DNA of 64,000 bases from Candidatus Cloacimonadales bacterium. Lineage in GTDB: Bacteria; Cloacimonadota; Cloacimonadia; Cloacimonadales; JAIOQZ01. Positions 55,874 through 64,000 of the stretch are shown here, piece after piece. The number at the start of each line of letters is the position of its first letter. Position 1 is the stretch's first letter. Under the pieces are notes generated by a model, which searched no databases, was not told the origin of the DNA, and worked only from the letters and a program-made list of their open reading frames with translations. The stretch spans positions 2,464,001-2,528,000 of the forward strand of contig CAXXTU010000002.1 in assembly GCA_963662655.2 (NCBI GenBank). Direction: 5' to 3'. The translations under genes were made by a program, and so were the position numbers.

Positions 55874-56869
55874 ATGGATTTCAATTTCAAGAAGATCGAA
55901 ACAAACGCCGCTGAAACCGATAACAAAAAGACCGGTGAATGCGTTAAATACGACGTCGCGATTATCGGCGGAGGGCCAGCCGGACTTGGCGCTGCTATTT
56001 ACGCCGCTCGCGGTGGACTCAAGACGGTTGTCTTCGAGCACGGCCTGTTCGGCGGGCAAATCGTTCTCACGACAGAGGTGGAGAACTACCCGGGGTTCGT
56101 GGAATCGCTCACGGGATTCGAGATTGTGGACAAAATGAAAGCCCAGGCCGAGAAGTTCAAGACCCACTTCCGGGAGGAATCTGTAATCGCCATCGGGCTC
56201 GAAGGTATCTGCAAAATCATCGAAACCGACCAGGGATTCTATCGCGCCAAATCGATCATCATCGCCACCGGCGCATCACCGCGAAAGCTCTCCGTGCCAG
56301 GAGAAGAACGCCTCACCGGGCGCGGGGTATCGTACTGCGCTACCTGCGATGGAGCCCTCTATCGCGATAAAGTTGTCGCCGTTATCGGCGGTGGAGACTC
56401 CGCTGTCGAGGAAGGCCTGTTCCTGACCAAGTTCGCCAAAAAAGTATATCTGATCCACAGACGCGACAAGCTCAGAGCTGTTTACACCATTCAGCAACGC
56501 GCGTTCAAGAATCCCAAGATGGAGATCATCTGGGATACCGTCGTACAAGGCGTGGAAGGCGAGGATAGGGTCGAAAACCTCATCCTCTACAATCGCAAGA
56601 AAGACCAGGTTTCCAACCTGCAAGTCGACGGTGTCTTCGTTTACGTGGGAATCATCCCGAACAACAAGCTTTTCGAATCCCGCGTGGAACTCGACGAAGC
56701 CGGATTCATCCTTACCGATGACAGCCAGCACACCAACATCCCGGGGATCTACGCCGCCGGTGATATCTGCCACAAGGTGCTCAGGCAAGTCGTAACGGCA
56801 GTTTCTGACGGCGCGACCGCGGCTTTCTCCGCGGAGAAATGGATTCAGGAGCATCTGGAAGAGTTTTAA
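55874..56869 (+). CDS. trxB: Thioredoxin-disulfide reductase
   Basis: GGGPAG, VENYPG, CATCDG, GGGDSA, AAGD. Confidence 0.96.
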   Translation: MDFNFKKIETNAAETDNKKTGECVKYDVAIIGGGPAGLGAAIYAARGGLKTVVFEHGLFGGQIVLTTEVENYPGFVESLTGFEIVDKMKAQAEKFKTHFREESVIAIGLEGICKIIETDQGFYRAKSIIIATGASPRKLSVPGEERLTGRGVSYCATCDGALYRDKVVAVIGGGDSAVEEGLFLTKFAKKVYLIHRRDKLRAVYTIQQRAFKNPKMEIIWDTVVQGVEGEDRVENLILYNRKKDQVSNLQVDGVFVYVGIIPNNKLFESRVELDEAGFILTDDSQHTNIPGIYAAGDICHKVLRQVVTAVSDGATAAFSAEKWIQEHLEEF

Positions 56870-56884
56870 CCGCGAATCGAGAAC

Positions 56885-57008
56885 AGATTCGTCTCGCAAG
56901 CCGCGCAGGCGTGGTGTTACACGCCTTACATTTACGTTCGATAGCGATAAAGGCGTGTTATATCCACGGCGGAGCGGATTGCGAGGCGAAGATGACTCGA
57001 TGGTAGAC
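56885..57008. repeat. Long imperfect hairpin, copy 2 of the dispersed element
   Basis: CGTGG-TGTT-ACACGCCTT...GTTCGATAG...AAGGCGTGT-TATAT-CCACG with outer stem 56888-56899/56979-56990. Confidence 0.75.
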
Positions 57009-57156
57009 AAATGCCCTGAGATCAGTTCTTAAAGCTCTGTTCTATATCGAGTGGTTGGCTAATCATAAGGACCCATCTCATTTTAACGTATTATTCTATT
57101 CACCCTGAGTGCACCGATTTATCGGTGGGTCTCGAAGGGTCGTCCTTTCGTTTTCG

Positions 57157-60100
57157 CTATTTCAGAAGAAGCATCTTCTTCGTCTCATTCGCGGATCCAG
57201 CTTTCATCTGGTATAAATATACCCCGCTTGATACTGGCTTCCCATAATCGTCGTCCCCATCCCATTGCACGGAATGCTCACCCTTTTCCATCCTGCCATC
57301 GATCAGCGCGCGAACAAGCTGACCCTTTAGATTGTATACGTTGAGAGTCACCGGTAGATTCTCACGGAGAGAGAACCGGACTGTGGTGGTCGGATTGAAC
57401 GGGTTCGGCGTATTGCCGAGAAGCGCAGTTTCGTAAGGCGCAACACCCGGATCTTCTGTGCCAACCGACAACACCTCGATTGTGACCGGTTCGGATACAC
57501 CCGATGTATATACGTTGACGGCTGAAAAATGATGCGTGCCCGGAGGAACATAGCCGACCTCATATTCGTGGCCTTCTACCATATCAGCGATCATTTCGTC
57601 TTCCCAGTACAGCCGAACGCCCTGGAAATACCGCTCCGTTTTCGCTTCTTTTTTATCCTTACCATTCCTGGTTGGCATCGAACCCCAGAACAGCGTGACA
57701 TCATTGTTGTAGGATGTCGCATAGAAGTCGTGTACTGGATACAAAACCTCTTCCAGAAGAACGTCAATTACCATATTGGAGGAAAATTCGAAGTTCTCGA
57801 GAACGTAATCATGATGAAGCATGAGAGATACTTCGAGCGTATAAGTTCCATGCGCAATAGCCGGAAATACAAGGACACCATCCTCTGGAACGGTCCCCGA
57901 AAAACTCTCTTCTCCGATTAGATGATACTCGGCGATTTCGACGCTAAAACCTGAATTGTCCGAAACATTGACGGTAAGAGTTCCCCACGGTGCGCTTGCG
58001 TTCGTGCCTCCCGACCGGCAAGTAATTTCTCCAATCATGTTGCTGAACAACATTTCCGGGCTGTTGTTGCCATCAATATCGCAAATGGGACAAGCCTGTA
58101 TCACAGGCATATCGACATCCATATTCCAGATCACGGAACCATCGATTCCGGAAAGCGCGAATGCCTGGTCATCTGTTCCACAAAGAATATCGAAGTGCCT
58201 GTCTCCATTTAACTCAGAAATCGGTGAGCAGTCGTTGAACCATGCGTTAACCGGGCTGGTGGCCCCGCCCTCTCCAGTCGCCGTATTCATCGTAAGCCAT
58301 GCATCCTGGCCGCCCGAGGTCAGAACAAGATACTCCATACCGCCATAAAATGCTCGTTTGTATCTCTCCGTGTAAGCATTCGTGGGCGCTTCCCATACAA
58401 CTTCCAGATCGTTGTTCAGACAAGTATGTTCACGAGTGGTTTTCGTATATACCAAATCCTTTATCCCATCGCCACTCACGTCGTTTACATCGATGATATC
58501 ATTATAGGATGATACCGTTCGTTCGAGTGATGACAGAACCCAACCGCTCGCTCCGGACAGCAAGTAGAGTTTGTTATAGTATGATTCACTTTCCGCGCAG
58601 TAAACGTCCGGAATCCCATCGCCATTCTGGTCGTCAATTGCACAAACCAGATCCTGATCGCGAGAAAATTCGCGTATCCATTCAACATCGCCTGTCGCCC
58701 CATTGAGCAAAATCGTTGCACTGTAAAAATACCCAATTCCCGCAACAATGTCGCAAATCCCGTCGCCGGTATAATCCAGCCTCCCATCGATCTGATAAAT
58801 ACGTGCTCCACCGATATCGATTGTATCGAATTGCCAGATCACTTCCCCATCGAGACTGTTCAAGGCACAGATGGAACCATTGGAGCCGGCCGATCCGATT
58901 ACGACATCTTGCAAACCATCGCCATTGAGGTCGTCCGCGACAACCACACCGCGATCAGAAAACGCAAAGCTATGATTCATACATCCAATGAACTCCCAGA
59001 TGATATCTGCCTCACCGGCGCTGTTCCCATTCAGACAATAGAGTATGCCGTATCGATCGCAGGCGATCACCTCTTCGATTTCATCACCGTTGATGTCGAT
59101 AAACTTCTTTAAGGCCGTAATTTCTCTTGTCGATCTGGGGAAGCTCCAATGCCAGTATTCCGTCCCAATCACTGGCGATACATTCTCGACACTTGCATCG
59201 ACAGGGATATGCATGATTCCATCGTCAGGATCGTTACTCTCGATCGTCACTTCTGCGCTGAAACCTCCCGTTTGACCGGTCTGGAACCAGATACGTGCAA
59301 AGATTGAATCTCTGGCAGGTATTGAAACCGGGAAATCAAGTTCGTTCTCGTAAATCAACTCATTGTCGCTCGTGATGTCGTTAACGACAAGGTTTTCCAG
59401 GCCCCAGTTTTTAATGCAAATATACCGACCGGTCAAACCTCCATGCCGCACGGAACCGTAATGAAGCTGCTCCGGTTGTAAAACGATATGAGATTGTGAA
59501 TCTACAACGTAAGCCGCCATCGTGACAATCGCAGAGAGTTGATTTGGATCATTGGACAAGATTTCCAGTGTGTCCGTAAATTCCCCTACCCGTAGCGGGT
59601 CGAACGTAATCTCAAGATCGTGGGAGGACCCTGATTCGATCACGATCGGAAGATCCACGGAAATGGAAAAGGCGTCATCGCTTATCGTGATTTCGTTAAT
59701 CGATAAATCGCAAGTACCGTTGTTTGATATTGAAAGCATCGTCGTTTGCTGCGTACCGATGAAGACTTCACCGAAATGATACTCTTCCCATCCGAGCTCA
59801 ATCTCTGGCGTACCATCACCGTTCGGATCCACTTTAAACAGTCGATCCTGATTTCCTGGACCGTTCGCACAATACCAGAAGAATTCCCCATCAAATACGA
59901 TTCCCGTGGGATCGTCGATTTGGTAAAAGTAGTGCTCGACAACGCTACCGTCAGCCGGATCGATCTTGTAAATCTCGTTCGACCACTTATCCACCATCCA
60001 TAGATATTCACCTTCCATACATAATGACCATGGCTGGTAATACGGCGCATTGAATCCTTCGAGGATGTTTCCCTCACCGTCAATCTTGTAGATAAATCCG

Positions 60101-60516
60101 TCTGGATCATCGTAAGCCGCAACCCAGAAATCTCCATCATCCCAGGCTATTCCCGACATATAATGAACAGGCAATGTGATTTGTTCCAGAATGTTGCCCT
60201 GCATATCGAGCCTACAGGCTCTAGCGGGAGTGCTGATTCCGCCTGTATGGCCAATCGCCCAGAGATTAGCGCCATCCCATGTCATGTCGTAGGTATCGCC
60301 CATCGATCCATTGAAGAGCAACGAATAGCTTCCATCCGCAGGATCCAATCGATAGACGCAATCTTCGTCCGCGCCGAACGTCCCGAAGTAAAGGTATTCT
60401 CCATCCCAGGCCAAACCCGAGGTGTTTTCAGAGATGACAAATGTCTCGACGATTGTCCATTCGGCAAACAGAATTCCAAAAGCAAGAAGCAATGTTACCA
60501 GGATTTGTCTTTTCAT
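57157..60516 (-). CDS. Large secreted multidomain protein: N-terminal beta-propeller, two Ig-like domains, FG-GAP/PQQ-like propeller, FlgD-Ig/T9SS-type tail
   Basis: GLAWDGEYL-type blades; ISNNGTCDL.I...SNDP Ig units; DLNGDGLQD repeats; NTPNPFNP tail. Confidence 0.82.
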   Translation of the reverse strand: MKRQILVTLLLAFGILFAEWTIVETFVISENTSGLAWDGEYLYFGTFGADEDCVYRLDPADGSYSLLFNGSMGDTYDMTWDGANLWAIGHTGGISTPARACRLDMQGNILEQITLPVHYMSGIAWDDGDFWVAAYDDPDGFIYKIDGEGNILEGFNAPYYQPWSLCMEGEYLWMVDKWSNEIYKIDPADGSVVEHYFYQIDDPTGIVFDGEFFWYCANGPGNQDRLFKVDPNGDGTPEIELGWEEYHFGEVFIGTQQTTMLSISNNGTCDLSINEITISDDAFSISVDLPIVIESGSSHDLEITFDPLRVGEFTDTLEILSNDPNQLSAIVTMAAYVVDSQSHIVLQPEQLHYGSVRHGGLTGRYICIKNWGLENLVVNDITSDNELIYENELDFPVSIPARDSIFARIWFQTGQTGGFSAEVTIESNDPDDGIMHIPVDASVENVSPVIGTEYWHWSFPRSTREITALKKFIDINGDEIEEVIACDRYGILYCLNGNSAGEADIIWEFIGCMNHSFAFSDRGVVVADDLNGDGLQDVVIGSAGSNGSICALNSLDGEVIWQFDTIDIGGARIYQIDGRLDYTGDGICDIVAGIGYFYSATILLNGATGDVEWIREFSRDQDLVCAIDDQNGDGIPDVYCAESESYYNKLYLLSGASGWVLSSLERTVSSYNDIIDVNDVSGDGIKDLVYTKTTREHTCLNNDLEVVWEAPTNAYTERYKRAFYGGMEYLVLTSGGQDAWLTMNTATGEGGATSPVNAWFNDCSPISELNGDRHFDILCGTDDQAFALSGIDGSVIWNMDVDMPVIQACPICDIDGNNSPEMLFSNMIGEITCRSGGTNASAPWGTLTVNVSDNSGFSVEIAEYHLIGEESFSGTVPEDGVLVFPAIAHGTYTLEVSLMLHHDYVLENFEFSSNMVIDVLLEEVLYPVHDFYATSYNNDVTLFWGSMPTRNGKDKKEAKTERYFQGVRLYWEDEMIADMVEGHEYEVGYVPPGTHHFSAVNVYTSGVSEPVTIEVLSVGTEDPGVAPYETALLGNTPNPFNPTTTVRFSLRENLPVTLNVYNLKGQLVRALIDGRMEKGEHSVQWDGDDDYGKPVSSGVYLYQMKAGSANETKKMLLLK

Positions 60517-60642
60517 AATAGCCCCCTATTAAGACAAGCAAAGATTACTTCAAGCGTTGTAAACCTGTCAAGATTTTAGCATAAATTAGTCTGAAAAAGG
60601 TGATGATTGTGAATATATCAGCAAAACATTCCCAGGCTATTC

Positions 60643-60679
60643 AAAAAAATCCCCACAAGTTCTTCACTCGTGGGGATTT
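60643..60679 (-). terminator. Terminator after the tldD/tldE pair
   Basis: AAATCCCCAC/GTGGGGATTT stem plus U-tract on the minus strand. Confidence 0.8.
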
Positions 60680-60699
60680 CTTATCAATATTATGACTTC

Positions 60700-61986
60700 C
60701 TAAAACGAAGTCGTGTCCACAAAATTGAAATCGTCGATCAACATTGTTGGGACCTTGCGGTAACCGATCTGCAACGTGCTCTCTCCCAGGGCAAGGATGC
60801 GTTGCGTCACTTCATTCACCACCTCGTTGAAACGCAGATTGACAATCGGATGCTTGATTTCGCCATCTTCGAACCACAGCACGCCGTCGCGCGTCATTCC
60901 TGTCAGCTCCCCTCTCTTCGCATCGACAAACCGGATGTACCAAAGGTGGTTGATAATGATTCCCTTTCCGACCTTCTTCATCATCTCGGCCTCCGTGGCA
61001 TCCCCGCCTTCAATCAACGTATTAAAGGTAAAGCAAGGATCGACGCCTTTCTTCGAGGCGTAGTATCTCGAAGAAGGTAAATTCTCGAGAACGCCGTTTC
61101 GTACCCAGTAGATTTCTTTCGCTGGAGCACCCTCCTGATTATATAGATACGCAAGCAACTCGGGGTCCGTAAAGGTCGAGCGCATGGTGAAGTCTTTGCC
61201 AAAGAACTGCTTCCCGATCTGGCCAGAGAACGGCGAGGTTCCTTCATCCGCCCGTCGCAAATCCATCATGTAATTGAGGAAGTGGAAATATCCGCTCGCC
61301 GCGGGTGAACGCAGTATCACCGGGTACCTTCCCGCCTCGATCGGCCTCGGCTTGGCCAGAGCGGAGAACTGACCGTTCAATCGCTCGATCTCCCGCTCAA
61401 CGCTGAATTGAGCGAAATCCTTCGTCCCGCTTGCCACTTTTGTCTCGACATCGTCGCGCTTCATGGTCATGGAATGCTCGAAGATGCTGGAGCGATTCTC
61501 TCCGAGAAATCCGTTCTTCGTCACCATCATGCTGTCGTGCAGATAGCGCGATGTCATACCGGACACCTTCGCCTCTTTGGATACCGCATTTTCCACGCAA
61601 CGTTCCACGACGGACACCATATCGTCCGTTGTGAGTTCGGCGGTTGAATCCGCATGATTCTCGAAATCCGCGAGCTTAATCGCTTCCTGACTGGGGACAT
61701 GCTCCGGATCGGGCTGATTGAGCTTTGCCATTTGCTGCGCCGTCTCGATCAGATATGCCAGATGTTCATCGTCCGGCTGATTGACGACAGCGGTTCCCAT
61801 TTTATTACCGTAGGCAACATCAAGCATCAACGTATAGAATGTGCCCCCCATGTGCTGGGTAATCATGTTCTGCGCAAAACGGGTTTCGTGGGCGTTCTTC
61901 TGCTCGAAGGAGAAGATATAGTCGTCCGCTTTGCAATGCTTCTTGATGTATTCAACCACTTTTTCTTTCAGCTTGTCGCTGCTCAT
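60700..61986 (-). CDS. TldE/PmbA-family protein
   Basis: TRFAQN.I.Q, GRYPVIL, LWYIR..TGMTRDG, NLRFN; 4-nt overlap with tldD. Confidence 0.88.
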   Translation of the reverse strand: MSSDKLKEKVVEYIKKHCKADDYIFSFEQKNAHETRFAQNMITQHMGGTFYTLMLDVAYGNKMGTAVVNQPDDEHLAYLIETAQQMAKLNQPDPEHVPSQEAIKLADFENHADSTAELTTDDMVSVVERCVENAVSKEAKVSGMTSRYLHDSMMVTKNGFLGENRSSIFEHSMTMKRDDVETKVASGTKDFAQFSVEREIERLNGQFSALAKPRPIEAGRYPVILRSPAASGYFHFLNYMMDLRRADEGTSPFSGQIGKQFFGKDFTMRSTFTDPELLAYLYNQEGAPAKEIYWVRNGVLENLPSSRYYASKKGVDPCFTFNTLIEGGDATEAEMMKKVGKGIIINHLWYIRFVDAKRGELTGMTRDGVLWFEDGEIKHPIVNLRFNEVVNEVTQRILALGESTLQIGYRKVPTMLIDDFNFVDTTSF

Positions 61987-63425
61987 TGCGAACCTCCTAC
62001 GCGAATCTTTCTGAACCGTGCAAGCGACGCCCCGTGGGTCATGCGTCCCGATTGACTGGGCTGCCCTTTTCCACAATTGATGATTCCGAAAGTCTGGAAG
62101 AAGCGCTCGTCGCAAATCGCGTCGCAGCTGTTCCAGAACTCGGGATTGTTGGAGCGATAAATCACCTTTTTCAGCATGCGGTCTTTCTTTCCGTTCTTGA
62201 TTTCCCAGAACATGTCACCGCCGAACTGGAAGTTGACGCGGTGCTGGTCGATTGAGAAGGAGCCCTGCCCCTCGATGTAAACGCCGTCGTCGGTATCGGA
62301 AATGAGTTGTTGCGGGGTCAGTTCCTTCTTGCCCGGCTGAAGATACAGGTTCGGTATGCGGTTGATCGGGAAATCGTGGTAGTAGGTTGCCCGGCAGCAT
62401 CCGCGACTCATCGTCTCGCCGATGTGCATCGCCGTATCGCGCGTGGTGCCGTATTCGTTCAAGATGCCGTCCTTGACGATATGCCATTTCTGATTGGGCA
62501 CGCCGTCGTCATCGTAACCGGCGGTGGCGAGTCCCGCTTCCAGCGTGTTATCGCCAAAGAAATTCACGATCTCGGAGCCGTATCGGTAGTTCTTGAGTTT
62601 TTCAGGCGTCGCGAAGGATATGCCGGCAAAATCCGCCTCCCAGCCGAGAACGCGGTCGAGCTCCGTAGGGTGCCCAACGGATTCGTGCATGGTAAGGGAA
62701 AGATGCATGGGATCGAGGAGCAAGTCGCGTCGTTTCTCTTCATGCAGAACGTCAGCATAGCACTTCTGGATCGCTTGCTCGGCTACGCGGGGAGCGTTAC
62801 CCTGGAAATCCATCTGCTCCAGCATCTCCCAGCCCATGTTTCGTCCGCCAACACAGTACATCCTCGACTGGCTGTCGTTGTTGGCTACTGCCGTGGCGAC
62901 GAGCATCGGAGCCACGACCGTCGTATGGATATCCAAATCGGACCCCAGCGTCGAAACAAACTGCTTGTGGTTGGTTTCCACACGACTAATGAACATCGCG
63001 ATACGAATCGGCTTGTAGTTCATGACAGCGCGGTTCGTTTCGAGCATCATATCGACCTTTTCCTTGAGGGATATCTGGAACGGATCCTTCTCGACCTTCG
63101 TTTTGAACTGGTCGATATATCCCCGTTCAGCCGCGAGCTCGATGCCGTTTCCCACTCTCACGCGAGCGGATGCTTCCGCGATCCGGACCGCCTGTTCCGC
63201 GGTCGCGGCCACAGCATCGGCCGTAAAAATATTGTTATGCGCAAAGCCCCACGCTCCGTTTTTCAGTACGCGAATTCCATATCCGTACGTGATTCGGTTC
63301 TGTGTGTTTTTCAGGCTCAGGTTCCGCAGAAAAATCACCTCGGATTGTGAGTGCTGGATTCGGATATCAGCATACGTCGCGCCGAGTGATGTTGCTTTTT
63401 CCATTGCGATTGCTGCTAAGTTCAC
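61983..63425 (-). CDS. tldD: TldD metalloprotease
   Basis: HESVGHPTELDR zinc motif; C-terminal CGKGQP; AGGAGG RBS before GTG. Confidence 0.9.
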   Translation of the reverse strand: MNLAAIAMEKATSLGATYADIRIQHSQSEVIFLRNLSLKNTQNRITYGYGIRVLKNGAWGFAHNNIFTADAVAATAEQAVRIAEASARVRVGNGIELAAERGYIDQFKTKVEKDPFQISLKEKVDMMLETNRAVMNYKPIRIAMFISRVETNHKQFVSTLGSDLDIHTTVVAPMLVATAVANNDSQSRMYCVGGRNMGWEMLEQMDFQGNAPRVAEQAIQKCYADVLHEEKRRDLLLDPMHLSLTMHESVGHPTELDRVLGWEADFAGISFATPEKLKNYRYGSEIVNFFGDNTLEAGLATAGYDDDGVPNQKWHIVKDGILNEYGTTRDTAMHIGETMSRGCCRATYYHDFPINRIPNLYLQPGKKELTPQQLISDTDDGVYIEGQGSFSIDQHRVNFQFGGDMFWEIKNGKKDRMLKKVIYRSNNPEFWNSCDAICDERFFQTFGIINCGKGQPSQSGRMTHGASLARFRKIRVGGSQ

Positions 63426-63586
63426 ATATTCCTCCTATCGTCAGGATTTCCACCAATTGCCCATAAAGCCCTTATACAATCCGACCATGATTTTGACAAT
63501 CGAAAAATTGAAAAAGCTGAGTTTAGGAAAAAAAATGTGTACTCTTATTCTCTCATTACTCCAGAGCAAGACCGAACACAGCGCCG

Positions 63587-64000
63587 CTATTTCAACAGTA
63601 GCATCTTCCGGGCGCAGGATTTACCCGAGTTCCGCACTCGATACAGATATACCCCGGACGCGCATGGTCTGCCATAATCATCCCTTCCGTCCCACTCCAC
63701 CGAGTGGTTCCCTGTCGGCTGGAAATCGCGCAAGAGCGTCCTCACCTTCTGGCCGGTGACGTTGTACACTTCTATCTCCGTATATCCCGCCTGATCCAGC
63801 GAATACGATATCACCGTCCGCGGGTTGAAGGGATTCGGGTAGTTCGGGTTCACGGATAACCGGTTTCCTACCGGATCAACTGCATCCTCCGCGCTGCCCA
63901 GGCCGTTTATTTGCGCCAGGACAAGCGAATTCCCGTCGTTGAGCAAGATATTGTTGTCATTCAGATAGAAACCGCGGGAGTCCTGCCACCTGTAGAGCAC
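63587..64000 (-). CDS. 3' end of another secreted protein with FlgD-Ig/T9SS-type tail (runs off the window)
   Basis: NYPNPFNPRTVISY...ASGVYLYR...RKMLLLK. Confidence 0.85.
   Translation of the reverse strand: MLYRWQDSRGFYLNDNNILLNDGNSLVLAQINGLGSAEDAVDPVGNRLSVNPNYPNPFNPRTVISYSLDQAGYTEIEVYNVTGQKVRTLLRDFQPTGNHSVEWDGRDDYGRPCASGVYLYRVRNSGKSCARKMLLLK

Overview
Bacterial chromosomal window of mostly housekeeping genes (dxr, pcrA/uvrD, tyrS, truA, gpsA, ndk, tpx, ogt, smpB, rlmH, cdd, trxB, tldD/tldE, four tRNAs). Six large secreted proteins end in an 'NPFNP..T.I.F/Y....G.Y..R....KM.L.K' FlgD-Ig/T9SS-type tail, and a PorV-like beta-barrel is present. This pattern suggests an FCB-group organism such as Candidatus Cloacimonadota (inference, not verified). 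The best candidate for an undescribed system is an AT-richer, translationally coupled two-gene insert at 27086-30917. It pairs a SIR2_2-type sirtuin with intact NADase motifs and a 925-aa double-domain KaiC-like ATPase (intact first P-loop, degenerate second, ~240-aa insertion), and may be an NAD-depleting anti-phage module. Also notable: a putative sigma-54-driven sRNA with an anti-SD loop (48183-48312); a dispersed covarying hairpin family near the 3' ends of the secreted-protein genes; a poly-T frameshift in an LVIVD surface protein; an orphan CI/LexA-like repressor with two candidate operators; and a cohesin-dockerin-cohesin FG-GAP protein. All calls come from reading motifs by eye; no database searches were run.
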